A DNA stretch of 64,000 nucleotides, from positions 1,054,369 to 1,118,368 of the forward strand of contig JBNZDD010013542.1 of assembly GCA_050575255.1 (NCBI GenBank), in the 5' to 3' direction. The position numbers were made by a program, and so were the translations under genes. This document shows positions 51,302 through 64,000 of the stretch, one piece after another; the stretch's first letter is position 1, and every line of letters starts with the position of its first letter. The notes below the pieces were generated by a model, which worked only from the letters and a program-made list of their open reading frames with translations, searched no databases and was not told where the DNA came from. Origin of the DNA: Harriotta raleighana (taxonomy: Eukaryota).

Positions 51302-54300
51302 GCTTCTAACAATTCCGAGCTTTCCAGTATTTATCGTAGATGCAACATCAGGCACATATATGGAGAAAATATACACGTATATGCATATCTTTCACGTTAA
51401 TAAAGTAGCGAGAAAGCTGATTGAAACTATATGTGTACCCGAGTTTGTATATATGCTCTCATGTGTATATTTAACGTAGATTATTTGGAGCACAAATTAG
51501 ATTTGTCTCACAGCATGTCATCACGCAATATGGCGCGTGAATCGATTCCCTTCCCTTTCCTTTTGCTCAGTGACCAACGCAGTCTTGTCAAGCGCTCCGA
51601 GTTATTATCCTGCGTTAAAGGCGTTATATAAATGCAAGTTGTTGTTGATATTGTTGTTTATTGCACACACATACATTGACGGTTTATAGAAGGAATGCTT
51701 TAATTGGGGTGAATGCTTCAAATCTCTGTCTGTATGCCGGTATGCCAACTCCCCTCACACAAAGCAGCCAATGTTTGTTAGGTTGAATGAAACCCCACCT
51801 TGCTGTCTGGTAAATACGTGCTATGTGTTTTAACTGTTTGTCTGTATTGTACACTGTGAGTTACTTTTACAAGGTCTGGTGGGGGGTGGTGGCTATATAA
51901 AACTCTGTACATGCAGTATTGTTTTTTCGTGATCATTCAACCNCTATATAAAACTCTGTACATCATCTCCATGCAGTATTGTTTTTTCGTGATCATTCAA
52001 CCTTATGTGTAGGTTTGTAACTATGTTAGCCTGTAAATTGCGAGACGCATTATTTTTTAGATTTAGGAAAATAATATTTAATTTGAGGTGTTTATTCTTC
52101 TCCTTTTACTTCGAGGCACTGACTTGCCGATTGTAAAGATTGTTTCATTAACTGGACGTTTTTCATGTAAATATGTATCCTGCGGGATAGAAATATTTAG
52201 ATATTTTCGTCATGAATCTAATCTTAACGTTGACATTTAAAACATTTTGTTTTGAGCAAAGTAAGAAAAAAATGCACAATTATTGTACGGTTTGTGTCAG
52301 TTTCAGACACACACACACACAAGACTATGTTAAACCATTTTCTCCATTTGAATACTCAGAGAATAACACACAACTGTTGCTTTATATGAACACAAATTGG
52401 GAAAGTGGAATAATGAAAAGGAATGACCAGGATCGGGGAAAATACTGAAAACTACAAATATTCAATCCCCAACTTTCCAATAAACACGTTATATATAGCG
52501 CGTTGCAAATATTATCGTTGTATTTTAGCTTGTGACTTTGTTATTGGTAAAGGACGACAGATTTCCTGTACAAGGATGCAATGACATTAGAAGATTGAAA
52601 GTGATAGTACTGCACTCCTTCAACCGAAATAATTTAATTACAGCAAAGCTGTTTGTCCATACATGGGATGAAATGCGTGCAGTGGACTTTTTTCTTTCGA
52701 ATGAAAACGTTATTTCAACTCTTGGAGTACATTAGTTTATTTAGGACTGTGACTTGTCCTCTCGCTCAAATGAGGAAAGAAGGTTCGAAACACTTGTCAA
52801 GACTAACCCCTGATGATACCATAAGGGCTGGGATTTCTTTGGAGGAATATCCCCCGATAATATTTTAAGGTTACATTTGTATTCCATTCTGTTAAAAGCC
52901 CAACTCTAATTATGAACCCGTTTGATACTTGATTGAATAATAAATTATTAATCGACAAAAGTGTTGTTAATTATTAATCGTTTAAGATATTAAAAGAACT
53001 ATATTAACAAGAGGGACTTCACTTTGACATACTTTATACATTTTACATAGGTTTAACGTCTTCAATCACTCACAAATTAAGGAGGTGAGATTTCAGCTAA
53101 ATCATGAAATAATTTAGTGTCCAGAATTGAGCAAAAATTTGCATTCATTCTTACTTTGAAGTCCATAAAATAATTTGCAGGAAACTTACAGGATCCGTGT
53201 TTCAAAATTAAGGTTGTGTTTAAGAGTTTGCCTTATTTTTGCTGCTCTAAAATGTTACATAAATATGGTAGATCTAGCCTCGTTTGGAATGGCGGCTATG
53301 CAAAATTCAGTGCATCACATCCATACATTTTTGTTTTATCTTGAACAAACACATATTATTGATTTAAAGATATGCTTGTCGGTAATTTGTGGGCGGCCTC
53401 GTTTTTTATATTTAGGGATAAGATATTTAATTAGTCTCCGAAACGTTTATTTATTTCTTTACCTGTTGTTACTAAATCGAAAATTGTACAGTGCTCAAGG
53501 GGATAAATGAATCTTCTATCATTAATTTACAAACAAGGAGTAGGAAAGGAGAATAGATTCACTCTGAGAGAGTGAGAGTTGGGACATGCAAAGCGAACTG
53601 AAAAGGGACACTGAAGAAAATTGATTTGTCAATTTCAAACTGATCATACGTTTTTATTTGGCAGTAATTAAAATTTAAAATAAATAACTATTCATTATTC
53701 GATGTGATTCGATGTCACATTGTTAGTTCCCAAGAGATCTCATTGGACTGAACCACAAAAAAATGCATATGTGCCTGTTTGCTTGCACTTTGCACTAAAA
53801 CCGAATACATTCACATTGAAAACTCCTCAAAGCGCATCATCGATAATTATTACCAAACGTTTAGTTACTCTTTTCGTAAGCAAATCCCAGTAGACATTTG
53901 CGACAGACTGATCCTGCACAAATCCATGTTGGGATCAATTTATAAGAAAGATTAGCCGCCAAGATGGTTATATATTTCTTTAACAGAGCCGAAAAGCCTG
54001 CTTTATAGAGTGAAGCAAAGGACTGCGATCTCTCTTCTTTCATTAATTTACACACAAAACAAAGACATCGTTGTGCCAGATCACAACTGTGTTTTAGACT
54101 CGTGAGGTCAGACTTGCTATTTAATCATAGGGATTGTCACGTATCAATGTATAATGGCCACAGTCATCTTCGATGATGGATGATTAAGTGATCAGTATTG
54201 GTGATTTTTTAAAATATTGTTTCCATTCCTACGTTTTTGAATACATGTCGGGCGGTGTAAGCAAATGTAACAGGAAAACATGTTTGTGCCACAGGTTAGA

Positions 54301-56489
54301 GGTGACGTCTGCTTCGGCCACGTGACCGCCTTTCCCGCTGTAAAATAAAACAAGAGGGTTTTTGTTGAACAGTTGAAGTTATTAATCCTTTGGAACGAAA
54401 ACAAAACACGTGAATAATCATTCAGAATGGCCCACAAAAGCCTGTGAACCTGCTGATCGAGTGATATCTGCAACGACAATCATATAAACCCATCAGAACT
54501 TTTCCAAGCGCCTGACTAACCAATATTATGTACCCATTACTCTCGAAAAGCGAATTTTATCAAATAGGTACACCGCAGAACCTGGTATTTTTCTATTAAC
54601 TCAATCTTGTTTTACGTAGCATGGCGACAATGTTGAATTTTCCCTACTCTTGTCGATTAGAGATCATTTAAAAAGCGGTAAATCGCCCACTCGATCATCT
54701 GCAATAAGAAAATTCGATTATGAAATATAATGAAAGTCACTTCTTAATCAATCATACGAATTAACATTAGTATTATGAAAAACATAGTGCGCTGCACGTC
54801 TCTTAATATTTGAGAGCGTTATTAGAATTATTAATGTTATTTTGGGGGGGGGTTGATAATAATTCACTAGATTAGTGGTACTTTCACCACTAACAGTCTG
54901 TGGCAGAGCTAAAAAGGACAGCAGAGTTATTCGGTTAATTGATCCCATCAGCTGCGGTGTGATTAATGTCTTGAATGAAATATATCTGGTTAATGTAACA
55001 CTGACTATCGCTAAGCAGCTTCCAACCCAGTACTAAGGATCTGGAAAATCGTATGGATCAACTAGGAAGTAAATGTTACTTTTCCCCCAAAACAAGTTTT
55101 CAAAAAATCAAAAAAAGACAATTATTAAAATAGCTTTACTGGCAATAGGAAAACATACAGTTCACAAACTGTATATCAATCAGTGAGTGGGATCGTAGGA
55201 TACCATATTTAGATGAATTCGTTAATGCCTGTGAGCTGACATATTGAATATCGCCGCTCATAAGGCAGCCTGTATATCGGCAGTGTAGCTAGTCACATGA
55301 TCAATATCATAGTTCATGTTTTAATATACTCTGATTGCCAATTATTCTGCCTTCTGGTAAAAGTATTATTCCCATGTGCATTCTCTGTCGTTAATATCAA
55401 ACTTTAGTTACCTGCTAACTTTTATATTCACTATATTCATAAATATATTTCATCTCCAGTAGTTACAGATTCTGAAAGTAAGGTGTACCTGGTAAGAAAG
55501 GTGCCCCTTTCACGTTTTCTTTTATTAGAATCCGCCCTAGATACAATTTGGGATTCATTATCAAATGCGAGGATTATTATTAGTACTATTATTGATCAGT
55601 ATACGGAAAGTGGAATTGGCATTATGCTATTCCTTGCAAATGACCATAAAATCAGTAACTGTAGCGAGGTATTTCTGTGCAGTGTTCACATCTCATAAAG
55701 GAATTCCTTTCTCGAGGACATCAGGGTTGCATTATTCCCTTCAAAAGGACAGATGAACTGCAGTAAACGGATCAAACTGACGTCGAATTCTATTTGACAT
55801 GAAAGTGACATAAATCCTTAAGCTTTTTACACTGCTCTGCGGGGAACACGGCGACCAGTAAATGTACGGTTTCTTCAACTCTGCTGACCGAGACACCGGA
55901 GAGCAGTGCTTGGAAACCAATGTACTGTCTATTCTCGCCACCTTGGCCGATGTTTTTTTTTCTTTAAATAATCTAAACAAGGCCGATGTAGCTGTTTTAT
56001 CTCGAATCCACTTTCCCATCTTGTTTCAATTTGTTGCTTTGAAGGACATTAGTAAACTCTGTATTTCGGTTAAGGTTGCTTTGTCAATTATATTTCATCT
56101 GAAAAGATCACTAAAATCCTGCACTGTCAGGCGGATGAAACTATCCTCTTATCCGGATATTCACAGTTACACTGATATACACATACAAACGAATAAAAAC
56201 AGATGATATAAAACATGCAAACATTTACAAACACACAGATATACGCAAATACATGGATGCACACATACAAATACACAAAGACACCCCTAACCACTCACAC
56301 GCATTTACATGCACAGATTTCCACCATAGATATGCAACATCGTTGGGCTGCATGGGTGGGAAGGTAGGTGGCAAATGTAGTTCAATGACAAAGTATGCGA
56401 TCAACGTTATTTAGCGTCATTGGTGTAACGTCTTACATGGAGGTGAACACTTATGATAAGCAAAACCCAACAGGGAGATTCAAGGAAGA

Positions 56490-56680
56490 CATAATATTAA
56501 GAATCCTTGGAATTGATATAGTGCCTTTGAGGTGTTTCATAAAATATACTGTAAAGTGAATTCACAGTGTATTTTATGGGCTAATCATGGCAGCCAATTG
56601 TGCACAGGTGTGTCCCACAAACATTCGTAGATTGAGTGACCAAATTATTATTATTTATTTTTGTAGGGATTATTTCCCTC
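56490..56680 (-). mobile_element. SINE 3' half
   Basis: AATATACTGTAAAGTGAATT...GGCAGCCAATTGTGCACAG family motifs. Confidence 0.7.
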
Positions 56681-59519
56681 CTATTTGCGACGCAGCAATC
56701 ATCTAATAACCGTGTTTCTTCTTACTGCTTTGTAAACCTAAAAGACATATACGTTCGGAAGCATTTTGTTCGCAAAGAAAATGAGCCAAAGATACTGTTA
56801 CAGAGAACACGCTTAGCCATAATGGTGGAAGTAATCAGTGATATTCTAGCTGTTTACAAAATACAGCAATAAAATGTTACATATTACATTGTGGTATTAT
56901 GAATACGAAACAAAAACACGTTTTTTTAAAGGAGATGAGGCATACAAGATCCACAATGCGCAAATTACTTGTTGCAAAGCCAACAGTGAGAGCAGATGAA
57001 GCCAAATATATCCGTGGTTTATATCCATGGGGATATAATTACAAAAGTAATGAGGCAATGGTAACATTGAACACATTAGGCCACATCTGGAGCAATCTAC
57101 ATAGTTTTGGGCAACCAGATAGACACGCACACCGATGCATTCACATATAGTTGTCCCACAGAGATACAGATACATATATGCATACACATGCACCGATAGT
57201 GAAACACATGCAGAGATAGACGCAGATAAAATCGTATACAAAACGCAGACAACCAATACAAACATCTTAACAAATATTCTCTGTATCGTTGCGCAATGTT
57301 GGTGCTGGAGAACCGCATAGGTCTTTCTGACCTATCAACACAGGATAATTTGAATTATAAATGGAATATTGGAAACTCAAATCCAGTCTGATATTTAACC
57401 AGTGAGGCAAGAGTTTGGTCTGGTAGCTCTCTTTTTCAAGGAGCGAAAAATTGTTTGTGCGTAAAAATGAAGAAATTAGATAGTGTTGGAAAACCATGAT
57501 CCAGCAAGGTTTCTGCAAATACGTTTGTGTGGTCAGAAACCTATAAGCTCAAAAAGCTTCTGAAATCTTCTCAACCGTGTGAATCTATTTTTAGAGAAGA
57601 GAAGGCTGTCGCAGTAGTTTTTTTCAGATAAACGGATATTGTGATCCGATTAAGTGGGGATTATAGCAATTCGGGGGTTCAATTGCGCTTGGAAGCAGAG
57701 CTTGATATCTTCAGATAAGTAAATGCCTAAAATAAGCCTGAACCCTGATTATACTCAGGGTATCATTTTATAAAAAGTAAACGCCGCCGTATTATTTGCC
57801 CTACGTCAGAATAACACTATAGGTATTCCATTGTTCGGATTAATATTTTCAGAACTAAATTCTCATCCAATATACTTAGACTTAAAATGGTATACTTAAA
57901 CTATCATTTAAAAAAACTATATCGGTTTATGAATTGTAAGTTTATTTTAGACAAAAGCGTCATTGTCATGAAATATTATTCGTGGCCACTGTGCTTAACT
58001 TTCCTCTGATTTATAAATTAAAGAATGTGTTTATTATCACTGTTTTGTTCGTGCGTAAATTAGACAAAGAAAGTAAGTGTTTGGGTTCCCTATTTTTATA
58101 TTGCTGCAGTGAATTTTCCAATTCCTTTCTTTCCATTTTGTGCATGGTTTACGAAAACCTAAAACGAACTATGGTTGCTCTGCATTGTGTTCCAGTTAGA
58201 TGTGAATTACACGTAGGAATTACGTGTAATTTATAAAAATAGTGTTTGGGTTGGAACAGAAGTAAACACTTCTGTAAAAATTCAGAAATTAACCACTTCT
58301 GGATTATTGTTTAAAAATAAATTTTAGAAATATTGAATCAAATACATATTTCACACAATAAAAAGCGATGCCAATTTACCCTTAAGGATAGATGTTGTTT
58401 TAAGAAAAAATAAAACATTTTCTTGAAAAAATGAAGTCATTTACGAGATTAAGTGTCAATCATTTAGAAACAAAAAAAACATTGAACGTGGCAGATTCGT
58501 TGCGCAAAAAAAAAACATGCCCTGTGAAGTTTTAGAAAATAAATTAGTTGACATCTGGAAATATGTTTAACTGCAACTGATGTAATAGGTCAGGGAGGTT
58601 ATCAAGATAAGATAGATAAACTCAAAAATGTAAAAGTGTAATATAAACATGGCGGCAAGTTAAGGCATATGGTCGGTTTCGATCGTGTTTTTTTTTGGAA
58701 GCGAATGTTTTCGAAAGCTTTAATGATAACAGTTCATTAACCTTCACTTAACAATAGGATATATACATTTCGAGTATCCTGGAGCACATTGATAATGTTT
58801 CTATTTTGCTGACAGTGCGCGCTTCTGAATAACTGATTTGGCGCCTGTTTTAATATACAGTATCTGGAATGCAGAGTAAAATACTGATAAACCAACTGCT
58901 GTCGGCTGTAACGCTAACTGATACAACTCGTTTTGTAAAGAACAACCAAATGTAATTGACACACAACATACATTTAACCATGTAATCATTGTATATAATA
59001 CTGCCCCCCCTCCCCCCCCGCCCCCCCCATCACCACCATCAATATGCCTGACGTCTACTTAGAAAGGCGAACCACGGTGCACACACAATAGTGTGTAAAT
59101 TTAGGTGATATTTTATTGTACGAAAGTAAACACCAGTGGTAAAAACGTACGTTAAATGAATGTCCAACAATTCACAGTATCTGGAACTCAAATATTGATG
59201 TATCAACGTTACGGTTGCTACAGCAGATACAAACAGGTATAAATGTTGCACAGAATAATTTTAGCAGAACATAAGAACACACACACGTAAGAATTTGTAA
59301 GGTGAAAGAAAGCCGAGGTCCATCCAGTTCGCTTCCCACCAGCAGCAGCGTAAAATGTCAGGAATAAGAAAAGCAGAATTTGCCAGGAACTTAACTCAAT
59401 CACAATATTCATGTTACAGGGTTACAAAACATGAAGTTCGTAACAGAAAGAACACGATTTGAAAAGAGTAAAATCTACACAACAATATACATTGATTACA
59501 TAGTCATGGCGTACAAAAA

Positions 59520-59796
59520 CAACATTGCATTTGATGTCTTCTAGATGTCTCGTCTTCTAGATGTCTCAAAGCGCTTCACAGAATATACTGTAAAGGGCAT
59601 TGACTGTATATATGTGGGCGAAACGTGGCAGCCAATTGCGCACAGCAGCGTCCTACAAACAATCCTGCATTGAAATGGGATTTTCCGAGGAATTATGTTA
59701 AGGCGTGCGGAGTAAGGTTGAAGGTTTCGTCCTGTCTGGAACTCCGGTCTCTCGAGTGCTATGTGAGTGCTCTAACCACTGAGTTACAGGACTCCA
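59520..59796 (-). mobile_element. tRNA-derived SINE
   Basis: Reverse head GGAGTCCTGTAACTCAGTGGTTAGAGCACTC with body and tail; internal GTCTTCTAGATGTCTC duplication. Confidence 0.85.
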
Positions 59797-60090
59797 CGAT
59801 TGCTCTGTCCGTGTGCGACAGGGATGTACTAATACAGCAACGTTGATACAGAAAGATTTAATATATTCCACTGTTTTATTGTCATATTGTGTACCAAATG
59901 GACAAATCTAGCGCTAAGACAAACTTCGGTAACAAAATTCACTGCAGTGCACAACCAGCAGTTGATTCACCTGGTTTGTGAAGGCCATCTCCTATAAAAG
60001 TAAGATTTAAAATAACTCATTGACATTCACCTCACGAAGCTCTGTGGCTCCGTGACATTCCGGGCTGTTTATGTACCGCTTTCGTGGCAT

Positions 60091-60244
60091 NNNNNNNNNN
60101 NNNNNNNNNNNNNNNNNNNNNNNNNNNNNNNNNNNNNNNNNNNNNNNNNNNNNNNNNNNNNNNNNNNNNNNNNNNNNNNNNNNNNNNNNNNNNNNNNNNN
60201 NNNNNNNNNNNNNNNNNNNNNNNNNNNNNNNNNNNNNNNNNNNN
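60091..60244. other. Assembly gap (N run)
   Basis: Run of N. Confidence 0.99.
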
Positions 60245-60544
60245 ATTAGCAGAACCATGAATCATTCTGTCCCAATCCCGCACAACATTTCGAGCAACGA
60301 TTATACTAAGAAATTTAAATTCTCGTGTTTGAGCATATGATGGGAACTCGTGTTGTTTTTAAAGGGAATGCGGCTGATTCCAGCCTGTTAATCCACAGCG
60401 CCAAGTAATGAATACAGAAACGTTTAGTTTGGCCAAACCGGTCTATTATTGTGATTAAGTATGATTGTATCTGTATACCTGTATATAGTGGCTTTCCCAC
60501 AACAAACTCAAGTGACGATTGATATTTTTCCCATAATGTTTCTG

Positions 60545-60695
60545 ACGTCCAGTCACAAAGGCAAACCGCGGTAAACACACAAAGTTTCGTGCACAAAATA
60601 GAGTCAATCTATTTACATTAAATACTGCGAAGCGCTTTGAGACATCTCAACTACGTGATAACGATGTGACTACATCAAATGCAAGGATTATTATT
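60545..60695 (+). mobile_element. SINE 3' fragment
   Basis: GAAGCGCTTTGAGAC...ATCAAATGCAAGGATTATTATT. Confidence 0.65.
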
Positions 60696-61789
60696 TAAAT
60701 TTATCATCATACCCAATGAAGGTTAAAAGGACTTTTATTAATGAAATGAATAAATTAACCCAATTGCTTTTTGGGAACATTCTCGGATATCAGTACATAC
60801 CGATCGGTCTATCGCATCTTTACGCAATTTCAATCAAATCTCTCGTGATATTTTACCGCTCGATTCAAAACAGGGATGACTTGTTTGAAAGATATCAGTT
60901 ATTCAAGAAATCGAGGGAAAGTTTGAATCCAACACAGGCTTTACATAATCAATATTTTACAAGAAGTTTAGAAAACTAAAACCAAGGCGATTTGGAGTCC
61001 AGATTTCCTTCAGAGGCAATTTACGCAGCGCTATTTGCATCAATTCAACTGGCCATTATATACGGCAAACTCGCATCCCGTGTCGTAGGTATAACCTTCG
61101 TTTGTCTCAAGTGATCTGAGCTCCAATATTGGGAATAATATCATTGGGAAATGATAGGGTCGAATTTAACGAAAACTTACTCCATCTGAAAGACACACCA
61201 TGTTCCAGTATAACTGATGCGGTGGTTCAGTATAACGGGTCCTGGCGAACTCAAACTTGTTAAATCAAACTTTAAACTAAAGTAGAAACGATTTCACCTT
61301 CACTTTCGTAGAACGAAAAGGAACAGTCTGTTCAATGGCAGTGAATTTTCAAGTTAACGCAAATCTCTTCCAATTTGAGATATTATTAATTAATATGAAA
61401 GATGTTGTAGATTATCCATTGTACTGTTTTATGTCTGTGCAAAACTAAGCAACTCTAAGGTTTTTCCGCGAAAACGGTCAGATTTCAGCTTGCATTTAGT
61501 ATTCAAAGCACATATTTTTTGAAGAAGGAAATTTGCTATAAAATTTGAGAAGACCAGTTCTTGTGCAAAGTTCAGGACAAACAGTCCGACCGATTTTGCT
61601 CTAAAATGGATCCATTCCAGGACTCATTGGCGAACTGCTCTGTGACAACATTTTTTTTAACCTGAAAAATAAACATTTCAACCCAGATATGTCGAGGGAA
61701 GTTATCTTCTGAGTACATTTTATATTTACATTGAATTTCATTATCTTTTGAATTGATCCATCAGTCGATTAGTGGATCGGTTTTCAGGG

Positions 61790-62000
61790 GGAATAATCTA
61801 TTAAAGAATAATAATATATAGGCCACCCAATCCACGATTGTGGGACAAAGTTCTACATAATTAGCTTTCGCGTTTTGCCCCCAAAATATACAGTCAATTC
61901 ACTTTACTACATTCTGTGAAGCACTTTGTGACATCTCGAAGATTTTTTAAAAAAAACTGTGCTAAATACAAGGATTATTATCAATTATTATTATTAATAA
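61790..62000 (+). mobile_element. SINE 3' half
   Basis: AATATACAGTCAATTCACTTTAC...TTCTGTGAAGCACTTTG tail. Confidence 0.7.
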
Positions 62001-62124
62001 CAATCACCTCCAAAATGACAAACTATCACAGAAGAGTCTATTTGATATTGAGGAGAGTGAGGAGGTTAAAGATTCAGGGGCACTGTAAGAAAAGATAACA
62101 TTGAGTGCGATGTTGGAATCCTCT

Positions 62125-62680
62125 AGGTCAGTGGTTAGAGCATTCGCCTTACAAGTGAGGGACCTGGATGTAATTCTAGGCAGGGCGAAACCTTGGGCAA
62201 GTTTCCTTCCTCCATATGGCTAATAAAAATCCCCCCCGCCCCAAAAAATGATAATAACTTGGTCATTTTCAATCCACGTCTGTTTAATCGGGATTGGGAC
62301 ACTGCTGTGCGCAATTGGCTGCCGCTTGTTGCCCACAAACATACAATCAATTCACTTTACAGTATATTCCAGTGCCTTCGCCTCGCTCCCTCCCTTTCCT
62401 CTTTCAAGGCCGGCCTCAAGACCTTTCTCTTCGACCGTGCCTTCAGCTCCCCTCTCGACTCTCTACCTCCTCCTTGCTCCCACCCTCCCCCTCCCCCCTC
62501 GCCCCGAACATTTCCCCCTGCTCGGGTCTTAAATCATCTGTCCAGCGCCTTGGGACGTCCTCCTGACGTGAAACGCGCTCTATAAATGTAATTTTGTTGT
62601 TGTTGTTGTTGTTGTATTCTGTGAAGCGCTTTTAGACGTCTAGAAGATGTGAAAAACGCTATATCAAGGTTTATTATTAT
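62125..62680 (+). mobile_element. tRNA-derived SINE interrupted by a LINE 3' end
   Basis: SINE head and body run to 62369 and resume at 62615. Confidence 0.85.
62370..62614 (+). mobile_element. L2-like LINE 3' end inserted in the SINE
   Basis: C-rich 3' region and (TTG)n tail, flanked by TATTC at 62365-62369 and 62615-62619. Confidence 0.8.
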
Positions 62681-64000
62681 GTAGTTGGGCTGCTTTTGTA
62701 AGAGGTGACTTTGATGCTCATTGCTGATGGTACAACAAGTTACTTTTTTTTATGCAGCGCCTTTGTAACGTCAGCAAGAAACCTAAACTGCTTTATATGG
62801 CTGACTGAGAACCTAAAATGGTAATCTGTGTTATTTTATATGAAATATTATTAGACATTTAGTCCAGAAAAAAATACTCACTCAACTTTAAAGTTAATCA
62901 AAGGACGCATCGTAAAGCGTTGACGTGAAAGGCGCTGCACGAGTGTAATTTTGTTGTTGTTGTTGTGGGGCGTCCTCCCGACGTGAAATAATAATAAATA
63001 TTCCTTGTATTTTAATATGACTCTTTATCGCGGCACTCAGACGACTCAAAGCGCTTCACGTGATATACGGTATTAATAGTAATGCAAATTGCAAGGTTAT
63101 TTTACGGTAACGGGGAATGATTGTGTATTTTGTGAGCGAAATGCAGCAGCTAATTGCGTAAAGCATAGTCCCACTGTCATGGAGTGAAAAGCGGCGAAAC
63201 AAATGTTAAGATGATTATCACAGTGTCTACTTCGCCTACCTTGCCTCGCAACCAAAATCACAACCTATTCTATGTTCCTGAATAAGAGCAGTTATTGGAT
63301 ACTAAGTCCCAAATAGATTCCTATTTATGGTCTATTAACTGTGGGAGTCGCCAGTGCACAAGTAAACTCAAATACAACAACCACCAGTCCTTCCTTTTCA
63401 ATAGAATAATATGTTGAGGCGCTCAATCGAGCCATAGTGGGGAAAAACAAACCAAGATGGGATGTTGGGGAGAGTGGATAGAGAGATGATGGAAGGCACT
63501 GTGGGAGAAATAGATAATTAGAATGGTTCTGAAAGGAGGGATGGGGTATGAAGAGATTAGAATTGGAGAGATAGTTCTTCATATAATGGCTGAAACTGTC
63601 CACAATATATTCTTCAATCAATGGTCTGGGTAGAGGATCCGATTCATCTGTGATATCGGCATAATTTAGAAAAGTCTGCAGAGTACGACAATTGCTAACA
63701 AATGATTAAAAATATTAATTTCGACAGATAGCATTCAATAATAATAATTATTATTACATTTGATATATCTCTTTTCACGTCTTCTGGGCGTCTCAAAACG
63801 TAATTATTCCCAAATAATCTTCCTTAATCCATTGTCAAATTGTCAAAACGATTCGTAAAACGTGCCTTTCTTTCCTGTCTACATTGCGCTACCAACCAAC
63901 CTACCACTAATTGTTTGTCAATGTGTTACCTCTCAATTTTACCAGCTTTGTTCAACTCCCAATTTGAGGCTAGAACCCAAAAGCTTTTTGACCCAGAGAA

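Noticed and set aside
51893-52002. ~50-bp tandem duplication
   Set aside because: Separated by a single N (51943) and differs by a small indel; likely an allelic overlap artefact.
55741-57518. Short ORFs checked as possible Hox14 exon 1 or Evx remnants
   Set aside because: No recognisable motifs.
1-64000. miR-196, miR-10, HoxB10 and an Evx-type gene
   Set aside because: No matching sequence seen by eye. HoxB10 and miR-196 would lie beyond coordinate 1; no Evx homeobox was recognised on the plus strand.
1-64000. CRISPR arrays or other prokaryotic systems
   Set aside because: The sequence is vertebrate; recurring motifs are dispersed retroposon tails, not repeat-spacer arrays.

Overview
AT-rich vertebrate genomic DNA. 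The Hox protein and the SINE/LINE content suggest a cartilaginous fish, possibly elephant shark (inference). It covers the 5' (posterior) end of a HoxB cluster on the minus strand. The only intact protein-coding gene is two-exon HoxB13 (44267-43592 + 43248-43001, about 307 aa). Manual translation of the flanks shows three heavily decayed homeobox remnants on the same strand and in colinear order: Hox14-like (~48.9 kb, upstream of B13), Hox12-like (~39.1 kb and ~37.1 kb) and Hox11-like (~10.1 kb and ~9.3 kb). They suggest fossil HoxB14, HoxB12 and HoxB11 loci. The region also has several NR6A1/GCNF-type DR0 motifs around HoxB13, E-box/CRE modules at the expected promoter positions, same-orientation CTCF-like motifs, many tRNA-derived SINEs and L2-like LINE 3' ends, a possible MITE, and assembly artefacts. 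Reference Hox sequences were recalled from memory and aligned by eye; no database search was run.
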